Below are positions 37,049 through 44,460 of a stretch of 64,000 nucleotides of DNA, in pieces; within the stretch, counting starts at the first letter, position 1, and every line of letters begins with the position of its first letter. Position numbers and translations under genes: made by a program. The notes beneath the pieces are model-generated. The model was not told where the DNA came from and did not search any database. It saw only the letters and a list, made by a program, of their open reading frames with translations. Origin of the DNA: Minisyncoccota bacterium (lineage in GTDB: Bacteria > Patescibacteriota > Minisyncoccia > Minisyncoccales > GWA2-38-27); NCBI GenBank assembly GCA_028697015.1, contig JAQVFW010000001.1, positions 3,603 to 67,602 of the forward strand. Direction: 5' to 3'.

Positions 37049-38233
37049 ATGAGAAAGGTTGGAGTGGAGATTGAATATCCCGTTGTGGATAAAAACGGAA
37101 TGGCTTTTCCTGTTAGCCGGATTTTTCCGGTTCTTATTGAAAGGGAATGGATTCCCGAATTTGACGATGTCTATAAAGACGAAATTATTGCAGTCTCAAA
37201 AAATGGCAAAGTTGTAACCAGCGATGCCGGAGAGGGGATTTTAGAGGTAAATGAGCCTCCTGTAAACTCTCTTTTTGAGGCTGAAAAATCGTTGAATGAA
37301 CTAATTTCTTTTCTTGCAGGAGAATTTAATTCTCTTGAAGCAAAAATTCTCGGTTTTGGCGCTCAGCCTTTTGAGAAAAAAAATAAATGGGCAAGAAAAG
37401 GCAGATATAAAACCCTCCTTTCAATCGGGTTTTCTCCTTCTCTTAATAAAACAACAAGAACGGCGGCAAGCCAGGTCCATATTGATGTAAAAGAAGAAGA
37501 AATTTACAAGGCAGTAAATGTTTTAAATGCCTTGTCCGGAATTGCAATTGCTTTTTGCGCCAATTCTTCCGTTATGAACGGAGAAGACAATGGAAGGTTG
37601 GCAAAAAGAGAAGCCGTTTGGGGAGAATTTGCTCCCGAAAGAAGCGGCGTCCCTCCTGTTTGGTTTAAATCAAACAATCATCTTTTTTCTTTTTTAGAAG
37701 ATATGAAATTCGTTCTTACTAAGAGTAATGGGAATTATTTTATTCCCGGAATTTCTTTCAAGGAATTTGCCTCTGGCCTTTCTTTGGAGGAAAAAACGGC
37801 CCATTACCTTTATCATGAAGGAACGGTTTGGTTTTCCTGCCGCCCCCGCCTTAAATACGGAACCGTTGAATTTCGTCCTTGTTGCACTCAACCTCATAAT
37901 GAGAGCATGGCTGTTTCAGCTTTTGCTCTTGGTATTGTAGAGTGCCTTGAGGAAGTTCATTCTTTTACAAGAGAACTCTATTATGATTTTAAAAGAGAAG
38001 GGTTCTCTTTCCGATGCCTTAGAAAAAATGCAATTGAGTATGGATTTTATGGAGTTGATCCTGGATTACTGAAAGATGTTCTTTTCTTTATTTACAAAGG
38101 GCTGAAAAAAAGAAATAAAGGAGAAGAATTTTTCGCTGACATTCTTTTTGAAAGGATGAAAAAAGTCATTTGCCCGGCAATGCGGGCGGCCACTATCAAA
38201 AGCGAAGATCTCGTAAGAGAACTTGCTTTTTAG
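37049..38233 (+). CDS. carboxylate-amine ligase, glutamate-cysteine ligase family 2 (GCS2/YbdK-like)
   Basis: VGVEIEYPVV start, SQVHIDV and GTVEFRPCCTQ resemble GCS2 signatures. ATG at 37049 lies 8 nt after AAGGA (the track starts at TTG 37019). Confidence 0.65.
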   Translation: MRKVGVEIEYPVVDKNGMAFPVSRIFPVLIEREWIPEFDDVYKDEIIAVSKNGKVVTSDAGEGILEVNEPPVNSLFEAEKSLNELISFLAGEFNSLEAKILGFGAQPFEKKNKWARKGRYKTLLSIGFSPSLNKTTRTAASQVHIDVKEEEIYKAVNVLNALSGIAIAFCANSSVMNGEDNGRLAKREAVWGEFAPERSGVPPVWFKSNNHLFSFLEDMKFVLTKSNGNYFIPGISFKEFASGLSLEEKTAHYLYHEGTVWFSCRPRLKYGTVEFRPCCTQPHNESMAVSAFALGIVECLEEVHSFTRELYYDFKREGFSFRCLRKNAIEYGFYGVDPGLLKDVLFFIYKGLKKRNKGEEFFADILFERMKKVICPAMRAATIKSEDLVRELAF

Positions 38234-38294
38234 TATTTTAAAAAAGGTTTGGGTTTTGCTCAAACCTCTTTTTTTTGCTATAACTGTTTTAGTT

Positions 38295-38978
38295 ATGAAA
38301 ACTCTTTTTTTACAATTTAGGGAAGACAAGGTGGTGGCACAACATGAACAAAAATGCTTTTTAAAGCATATTAATTTAAAAGTTCAATCCAGAAATATTT
38401 TTATGGATGAGTTTGATTTTCTGGGGAAAAACGACTTTACCCATATTATTTTAGGCGGTTCCGGAGAATTTAGTATTTCAGATAAAAATAAGAAAAGTAA
38501 ATATTGGAAAAAAGTGGAAAAAATAATACCTTTTTTGGAAAGAGAAATTAAAAATAACACCAATATTTTAGGAGTTTGTCTTGGCCATCAATTATTGGCT
38601 TTTCTTCTCGGTTCGGAAGTTAAATCTCTTTTAAATCAAAAAGAAGTGGGAACTTTCCGAATTTATCTTACTTTAGAAGGGAAAAAAGACCCACTTTTTT
38701 ACAATTTGCCGAAAAGTTTTCTTGTTCAGGAGGGCCACAAAGATTCTGTTTTGAAATTGCCAAAAGAGGCAACCCTTCTTGCAAAGGGGAAAAAATGCAA
38801 AATACAATCTTTCAGATTTAAAAAAGCGGCAGGTATTCAGTTTCATCCAGAACTTGAAATTGAAGATATTAATTTTCGTCTTTCTCTTTATCCGGATTAT
38901 GCCAAAAAGAACAAGCAGCCGAAAATAAAAGAAACGCCTTTTGCTTTTAAAATTTTTGAAAATTTTTATGGAATTTAA
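38295..38978 (+). CDS. class I glutamine amidotransferase / C26 gamma-glutamyl hydrolase-like protein
   Basis: GVCLGHQLLA (nucleophile Cys-His elbow) and GIQFHPE (His/Glu of the triad). ATG at 38295 inside ORF 38223..38978. Confidence 0.75.
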   Translation: MKTLFLQFREDKVVAQHEQKCFLKHINLKVQSRNIFMDEFDFLGKNDFTHIILGGSGEFSISDKNKKSKYWKKVEKIIPFLEREIKNNTNILGVCLGHQLLAFLLGSEVKSLLNQKEVGTFRIYLTLEGKKDPLFYNLPKSFLVQEGHKDSVLKLPKEATLLAKGKKCKIQSFRFKKAAGIQFHPELEIEDINFRLSLYPDYAKKNKQPKIKETPFAFKIFENFYGI

Positions 38979-40119
38979 AATTCTCAAAAAATCAAAAAAA
39001 AGCAGGGCTCGCTTTGGTATTTTAAAAACAAAAAATGGCATTTTAAAAACTCCTTGTTTTGTTCCTGTAGCAACTAAGGCGGCAGTTAAGGCATTAACCT
39101 TAAAAGAAATGGAAGAAACAAAAAGCCAGATTTTTATTGCAAATGCTTTTCATCTTCATCTTAAGCCAGGGGAAGATGTGATTAAAAAAGCGGGAGGAAT
39201 ACATAATTTTGCTAATTGGAAAAAGCCAACAATGACTGACTCAGGTGGTTTTCAGGTTTTTTCGCTTGGTTTTGGAAGAGATTTTAATGTAGGAAAAATT
39301 TCAAAAAATCGCGGCAAAGAAACGATAGAAGACGGGAAACAGCCGAATTTTGTTAAAATAACGGAGGAAGGAGCTTTCTTTAAGTCGCCATTTGACGGAA
39401 GAGAGCTTTTTTTAGGGCCAAAAGAATCAATGATGATACAGGAAAAAATCGGAGCCGATATTATTTTTGCTTTTGATGAATGCACTGCTCCTTTTTCTGA
39501 CTTTAATTATGTCAAAAAAGCAATAGAAAGAACCAATAAGTGGGCCAAAATATGCCTTAAAGTAAAAAAAACAGATCAAGCTCTTTTTGGGATTGTTCAG
39601 GGCTCAAAATTTAAGGAGTTAAGGGAAAAAAGCGCTTCTTTTATATCCTCCCTTGGTTTTGACGGTTTTGGCATAGGAGGGGATCTTGGAGAAAGTAAAA
39701 AAACAACAGAAGATATATTAAAATGGACAATTCCCATTCTTCCTGAAAAAAAGCCCCGCCATTTGCTCGGCATAGGAAAAATTGAAGATATTCTTTTAAT
39801 GGTTAAAAATGGAATAGATTTTTTTGATTGTACGGTGCCAACTCATTATGGAAGAAGAGGTATTGCCTTTATTTCTGCAGATTCTTTTTTAAAAGAAAAA
39901 AAGATTGACCTTCGGCAGTCAAAGTTTTTGAAAGATAAAAATCCTCTTGATAAGAAATGCTCTTGTTTTGTTTGTCTTAATCATAGAAGAAATTATATTT
40001 CTCATCTTATAAGGGCGAAGGAAATTTCCGGTCTTTCTCTTTTGACTTTTCATAATCTTTATTTTTTTAACAGTTATGTTGAAAAAATCAGAGAGAAGAT
40101 AAAAGAGGGGAAGATATGA
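38968..40119 (+). CDS. tgt: queuine tRNA-ribosyltransferase (tRNA-guanine transglycosylase)
   Basis: TPCFVPV, TDSGGFQV, GIVQG and the Zn site CSCFVCLNHRRNYISHL. ATG at 38968 inside ORF 38941..40119. Confidence 0.93.
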   Translation: MEFKILKKSKKSRARFGILKTKNGILKTPCFVPVATKAAVKALTLKEMEETKSQIFIANAFHLHLKPGEDVIKKAGGIHNFANWKKPTMTDSGGFQVFSLGFGRDFNVGKISKNRGKETIEDGKQPNFVKITEEGAFFKSPFDGRELFLGPKESMMIQEKIGADIIFAFDECTAPFSDFNYVKKAIERTNKWAKICLKVKKTDQALFGIVQGSKFKELREKSASFISSLGFDGFGIGGDLGESKKTTEDILKWTIPILPEKKPRHLLGIGKIEDILLMVKNGIDFFDCTVPTHYGRRGIAFISADSFLKEKKIDLRQSKFLKDKNPLDKKCSCFVCLNHRRNYISHLIRAKEISGLSLLTFHNLYFFNSYVEKIREKIKEGKI

Positions 40120-40131
40120 TATTTTTAACTA

Positions 40132-40160
40132 TTGACATCTATTCTTATTAAGAATATAAT
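40132..40160 (+). promoter_or_regulatory. promoter with embedded 7-1-7 inverted repeat (Fur-box-like operator)
   Basis: TTGACA (40132-40137), 17-nt spacer, TATAAT (40155-40160). The perfect palindrome ATTCTTA-t-TAAGAAT (40141-40155) fills the spacer. Confidence 0.55.
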
Positions 40161-40167
40161 CTTAATA

Positions 40168-40545
40168 ATGAAAAAAGAAAGGACAACTTCTCAAAAGACG
40201 GTCATCTTGGATTTTTTGAAAGACACTAAAGCTCATCCTTGCGCGGAAGACGTTTACTCTTCTGTTAAAGAAAAACTTCCTTCAATAAGCAAAGGAACGG
40301 TTTATAGGATTTTAGGAGATTTTAAAGAGAAAGGAGTAATTCAAGAAATCCCGCTTTCTGTTTCAAGATATGACGGAGACACGTCTTGCCATGCTCATTT
40401 TATTTGCAAATCTTGCCAAAAAGTTTTTGATCTTTCTGATGTTTGTAAAAATTGCCATGTCTTGAAAACAAAAAGCACAAAGGTCGGGAAAATTGAAAAT
40501 TATCAATTATATTTCTATGGAAAATGTAAACAATGTGGAAAATAG
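40168..40545 (+). CDS. Fur-family metalloregulator (Fur/PerR/Zur type not resolvable)
   Basis: Winged-helix region ISKGTVYRILGDF, HAHFICKSC and C-terminal CKQCG (structural Cys4 site). ATG at 40168 (the track's TTG at 40132 is the -35 box). Confidence 0.85.
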   Translation: MKKERTTSQKTVILDFLKDTKAHPCAEDVYSSVKEKLPSISKGTVYRILGDFKEKGVIQEIPLSVSRYDGDTSCHAHFICKSCQKVFDLSDVCKNCHVLKTKSTKVGKIENYQLYFYGKCKQCGK

Positions 40546-40810
40546 CAAATGCCATGATTGCGGCGTTTTGATGGATATGGAAAATGGCAAAATAAAGAAC
40601 GGTTATCATCTTTTATATAAAGAAAACGAAGAAGAAACAAAGGTTTTTAAATGCAAGGGTTGTTATGAGAAAAATCCTTCTCTTTCAAATTTCAGACCCT
40701 GCGAGGTTTATTCGAGAGTAGTTGGCTATTTAAGGCCCGTAGGCCAATGGAATTTAGGGAAAAAAGAGGAATATTCCGAAAGAAAAGAGTATTTATGCAA
40801 AGGAGAGTAA
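40517..40810 (+). CDS. stand-alone NrdD C-terminal module (zinc ribbon plus glycyl-radical segment)
   Basis: CHDC...CKGC, then CEVYSRVVGYLRPVGQWNLGKKEEYSERKEY. This is 24/31 identical to the C-terminus of the full nrdD at 23286..25388. The start is uncertain (TTG 40493 or ATG 40517). Overlaps the Fur-family gene's end. Confidence 0.75.
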   Translation: MENVNNVENSKCHDCGVLMDMENGKIKNGYHLLYKENEEETKVFKCKGCYEKNPSLSNFRPCEVYSRVVGYLRPVGQWNLGKKEEYSERKEYLCKGE

Positions 40811-40832
40811 TTTATGTTTTAATAAAAAAAAG

Positions 40833-40858
40833 AGCGCTTTCATATATAGCGCTTTTTT
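40833..40858 (+). terminator. intrinsic terminator
   Basis: AGCGCT-n9-AGCGCT hairpin flanked by an A-tract and a T6 tract. Confidence 0.6.
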
Positions 40859-40862
40859 GTTA

Positions 40863-40890
40863 TTGACAAATTATTAATATATGTTATAAT
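40863..40890 (+). promoter_or_regulatory. consensus sigma70-like promoter
   Basis: TTGACA (40863-40868), 16-nt spacer, TGtTATAAT (40882-40890). Confidence 0.6.
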
Positions 40891-40933
40891 GAGAAAGTAC
40901 TAAACAAAAAAGCTCTTTTTGTAGGAGAAAAAA

Positions 40934-41257
40934 ATGGAAGAATTATTTAGCGCAATTCTTGCGCTCATAATTGTTCTTATCGGGTTTTCCCTTATTGTTT
41001 CCCCTCTTTTGGGGAAGCCCGATTGTTTCCTCATCCTTCGTCCAGTAGGACAAAGAGGAGGAAACATTGTTTCAGGCCTGACTAGGGGAATTGCCCGTCT
41101 CTTTAACAGGGGAGGATCATCCCTGTTCAGGTGGGCAAATAGTCGGTCTATTTTAATGAGAGTGCTGCTTTTTTATCCGGTAGCAACAGCTCTCGTTATT
41201 GCGGGAGGCATTTTTTCAATCATCGCCGAAATCGTTTTCGGCAGAAGGAGAAGATGA
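40934..41257 (+). CDS. small 2-TM membrane protein with Arg/Gly-rich loop, moderately elevated GC
   Basis: ORF track. RBS GGAGAAAAAA precedes the ATG. Has its own promoter and terminator. Ends in GRRRR. Confidence 0.5.
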   Translation: MEELFSAILALIIVLIGFSLIVSPLLGKPDCFLILRPVGQRGGNIVSGLTRGIARLFNRGGSSLFRWANSRSILMRVLLFYPVATALVIAGGIFSIIAEIVFGRRRR

Positions 41258-41263
41258 CTTCAA

Positions 41264-41294
41264 AAAGGGCACATCGATGCCCTTTTCGTCTTTT
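41264..41294 (+). terminator. intrinsic terminator
   Basis: AAAGGGCA-catcga-TGCCCTTT followed by a TCGTCTTTT tract. Confidence 0.65.
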
Positions 41295-41362
41295 AGCAGA
41301 ATTTGACAACATATTTTTATCTGATAGAATATAATCCGACAAAATCAGTCGGTTTTTAATTT

Positions 41363-41758
41363 ATGAAAATATCAAAAAAATCGCAATACGGCCTTCGTTC
41401 TATGATATTTCTTGCCAAAAATTATGGCAAAAAAGAAATTTATTCTTTGAAAAATATATCAAAGAATGAATCAATTTCTTTTGATTATCTTGAGAAAATC
41501 TTTTTCTCTCTCGAAAAGGCAAATTTGGTAAAAGGGAAAAGGGGCCGGCTTGGAGGATATGCTCTTTCCAGGCCCCCTTCTAAGATTACCGCAGATGAAA
41601 TAATAAAAGCAATTGAAGGGAAATTGTCTTTGGTTGAATGCAAGGGGTGTCTTAAAGAAAAAAAATGTCCGGCAAAAGGCCTTTGGGACGAGTTGCAACT
41701 ATCTTTTTCTTCAACTCTTTCATCAATAACCCTTTTAAAGCTGGCAAACAAAAAATGA
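41363..41758 (+). CDS. Rrf2-family transcriptional regulator (IscR-like)
   Basis: MKISKKSQYGLRSMIFLA N-terminal wHTH and the Cys cluster CKGCLKEKKC. Lies upstream of iscS. Confidence 0.85.
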   Translation: MKISKKSQYGLRSMIFLAKNYGKKEIYSLKNISKNESISFDYLEKIFFSLEKANLVKGKRGRLGGYALSRPPSKITADEIIKAIEGKLSLVECKGCLKEKKCPAKGLWDELQLSFSSTLSSITLLKLANKK

Positions 41759-42909
41759 AAAAAATATATTTTGATTATGCTTCTACAACTCCGGTTGATC
41801 CTAAGGTTTTTTTGGAAATGAAGCCGTTTTTTTCAAAGAAGTTTGGCAATACAATGTCTCTTCATTATTTTGGGCAGGAAGCGAAAGTTTTTCTTGAAAA
41901 AAGCAGGGAAAAGATGGCAAAAGCAATAAATGCCGACACTGAAGAGATAATTTTTACGGGTTCTGCCACCGAAAGCAATAATATGGTTTTAAAAGGCCTT
42001 TCTTTCTTTAAAAAAGGAGGACATATTATTATTTCTTCAATTGAGCACCCTTGTATTGTTGAAAGCGCTGCTTGGCTTGAAAAAAGGGGCTTTAAAGTTA
42101 CTCGTCTCAAGGTTGACAGATACGGGACAGTTGATTTAAAAGAACTTGAAAAAAGCATAGAAGAAGAAACTTTTCTTGTTTCTATTATTCATGGGTCAAA
42201 CGAAATAGGCACAATCCAGCCGATTGATAAAATAGGGGCAATTTGCCGGAAAAAAAACGTCTATTTCCATACTGATGCATCTCAGACATTTTCAAAAATC
42301 CCGATAGACGTAGAAAAAATAAAAATAGATCTTCTCACTGCAAGCTCTCATAAAATATACGGTCCTAAAGGAGCAGCTTTTCTTTATAAAAGAAAAGGGG
42401 TTAAATTAGAACCGCTTATCCATGGAGGAGGGCAGGAAAACGGCCTTAGATCTTCTACTTTGGATATTCCATCTATTGTCGGCTTTGCCAAGGCAGTTGA
42501 TATTTCTATCGCTACAATGAAAAAAGAAGAAAATAGGATTATTAATTTGAGGGAAAAATTAATAAAAGGAGTATTAAAGATAAAAGGAACGAGATTAAAC
42601 GGCCATCCTAAAAATCGTTTGGCAAATAACGCCAATTTCAGTTTTTCTTTTATCGAGGGAGAATCTATTGCTATCCAGCTGGATTTAAAAGGGATAGCCG
42701 TTTCTACTGGTTCTGCCTGTTCTTCAACAAAGCTTGAGCCAAGCCACGTTTTGCTTGCTATCGGCCTAAGGCATGAAGATGCTCATGGTTCCTTAAGGGT
42801 AACGCTTGGAAGATGGACAAAAGAAAAAGAAGTTGACTATTTCTTGAAAATTTTGCCGGGAATTATAAAGCAATTAAGAAAAATATCCCCATTTTATGAA
42901 AAAAAATAA
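41755..42909 (+). CDS. iscS: cysteine desulfurase (IscS/NifS)
   Basis: IYFDYASTTP, SSHKIYGPKG (PLP Lys) and TGSACSS (active Cys). ATG at 41755 forms an ATGA overlap with the Rrf2 stop. Confidence 0.92.
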   Translation: MKKIYFDYASTTPVDPKVFLEMKPFFSKKFGNTMSLHYFGQEAKVFLEKSREKMAKAINADTEEIIFTGSATESNNMVLKGLSFFKKGGHIIISSIEHPCIVESAAWLEKRGFKVTRLKVDRYGTVDLKELEKSIEEETFLVSIIHGSNEIGTIQPIDKIGAICRKKNVYFHTDASQTFSKIPIDVEKIKIDLLTASSHKIYGPKGAAFLYKRKGVKLEPLIHGGGQENGLRSSTLDIPSIVGFAKAVDISIATMKKEENRIINLREKLIKGVLKIKGTRLNGHPKNRLANNANFSFSFIEGESIAIQLDLKGIAVSTGSACSSTKLEPSHVLLAIGLRHEDAHGSLRVTLGRWTKEKEVDYFLKILPGIIKQLRKISPFYEKK

Positions 42910-43402
42910 CAATATTTGTGCCGGACTTTATACAAAAAAAGTTCTTGAGACATTCAAAAATCCTAAAAATTACGGAAGAATAAAAAATGCTGACGGAATT
43001 GGAAAGGTGGGCAATATTGTCTGTGGGGACTTGATGCAGCTTTACATTAAGATTGGCAGAAATAGAAAAAAAGAGGAAATTATAAAAGATATAAAGTTTG
43101 AAACTTTTGGATGCGTTGCTGCCATTTCAACAAGCAGCACTATTACGGACCTTGTTAAAGGAAAAACAATAAATCAGGCCTTAAAAATTGAAAAAAATAG
43201 CATTATTAAAAAACTGGGCGGTTTACCTAAAATAAAATATCATTGCTCAGTTTTAGCTGTTGATGCCTTAACTGAAGCTATTTTTGATTATTTTTCAAAA
43301 AATGAAAAAGAAATTCCCTTGGAAATACTTAAAAGGCATGAAAAAATAAAAAGAGAAAGGGAAATTATAGAAGAAAGGTATAAAAACCTGGAAAAAAGAT
43401 AA
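42896..43402 (+). CDS. iscU: Fe-S cluster scaffold IscU/NifU-like
   Basis: NIVCGD, FGCVAAI and YHCSVLA conserved Cys contexts. Confidence 0.85.
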   Translation: MKKNNNICAGLYTKKVLETFKNPKNYGRIKNADGIGKVGNIVCGDLMQLYIKIGRNRKKEEIIKDIKFETFGCVAAISTSSTITDLVKGKTINQALKIEKNSIIKKLGGLPKIKYHCSVLAVDALTEAIFDYFSKNEKEIPLEILKRHEKIKREREIIEERYKNLEKR

Positions 43403-43403
43403 A

Positions 43404-44459
43404 ATGAACAAAGAACCTCAAAAAGTTGCCGTTGCCATGTCCGGAGGAGTTGATTCTTCGGTTGCAGCGGCCTTGCTACAAAAGGAAGGATATGAAACTA
43501 TTGGTGTTTTTATGAAATTCTGGAAAGACGGGAAGGAAGGGGTGAATAAATGCTGCTCTTCTGATTCAGAAAGAAATGCTCGATTGACTTGCCAGAAACT
43601 TGGAATTCCTTTTTATGTTTTTAATTTTGAAAAAGAGTTCAAGAAGGAAGTTGTAGATTATTTTTTAAAAACGACAATTGGCGGAGATACTCCAAATCCT
43701 TGCGTTGTTTGTAATGAGAAAATAAAATTTGGTCTGTTTCTTGAAAAATCGCTAAAACTTGGAGCTGATTTTATCGCAACTGGCCATTATGCCAAAAAAA
43801 AAGAATTTAATGAGAAAGGAAAAATAAGATTTTCCCTTTTAAAAGGAAAAGACAAGAAAAAGGACCAATCTTATTTTCTATGGGCCCTGGGACAGAAAGA
43901 GTTAAAGCATATGATTTTTCCTGTTGGAATTTATACAAAGGACAAAGTGAAAAAAATGGCGGAGGATTTCAAATTGCCGTCCAGCGGCGCCAAGGAATCA
44001 ATGGAGGTTTGTTTCATTTCCGATACGATAGATGCTTTTTTGGAAAGAAAAATTGGAAAAAAGGAAGGGGATATTGTTTATAATAATAAAGCGATAGGAA
44101 AGCACAAAGGCGTTTGGCTTTACACTCTTGGCCAGAGGAAAGGGATAGGACTTTCAAACGGCCCTTATTATGTTATAAAGAAGGACATAAAAAGTAATAT
44201 TCTGTTTGTAGGTAAAAATAAAAAACTTCTTAATAAAAGCAAAGCAGTCATTAAAAAAGTAAATTGGGTTTCAGGGAAAAAGCCGAAGTTTCCTTTGAGG
44301 GTGACAGTGATGTCAAGATACAATCAAAAAAGCTTTGTTTCTGTTGTTAATGAAAATAGCGTTGTTTTTAATTCCCAAAAAACATCAATCACTCCCGGCC
44401 AGTCAATGGTCTTTTATAAAGGCCAAGAGCTATTGGGGGGAGGCATAATCAAAAATTAG
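43404..44459 (+). CDS. mnmA: tRNA 2-thiouridine(34) synthase
   Basis: VAVAMSGGVDSSVAA PP-loop, NPCVVCN, KDQSYFLW. Confidence 0.93.
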   Translation: MNKEPQKVAVAMSGGVDSSVAAALLQKEGYETIGVFMKFWKDGKEGVNKCCSSDSERNARLTCQKLGIPFYVFNFEKEFKKEVVDYFLKTTIGGDTPNPCVVCNEKIKFGLFLEKSLKLGADFIATGHYAKKKEFNEKGKIRFSLLKGKDKKKDQSYFLWALGQKELKHMIFPVGIYTKDKVKKMAEDFKLPSSGAKESMEVCFISDTIDAFLERKIGKKEGDIVYNNKAIGKHKGVWLYTLGQRKGIGLSNGPYYVIKKDIKSNILFVGKNKKLLNKSKAVIKKVNWVSGKKPKFPLRVTVMSRYNQKSFVSVVNENSVVFNSQKTSITPGQSMVFYKGQELLGGGIIKN

Positions 44460-44460
44460 A

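Noticed and set aside
40132-40167. TTG start of the Fur-family ORF as listed in the track.
   Set aside because: The TTG is the first codon of the TTGACA -35 hexamer. The family-typical N-terminus begins at ATG 40168.
41665-41754. 30-codon N-terminal extension of the IscS ORF.
   Set aside because: It lies inside the Rrf2 gene in another frame. The canonical IscS N-terminus (MKKIYFDYASTTP) starts at the ATGA stop/start overlap at 41755.
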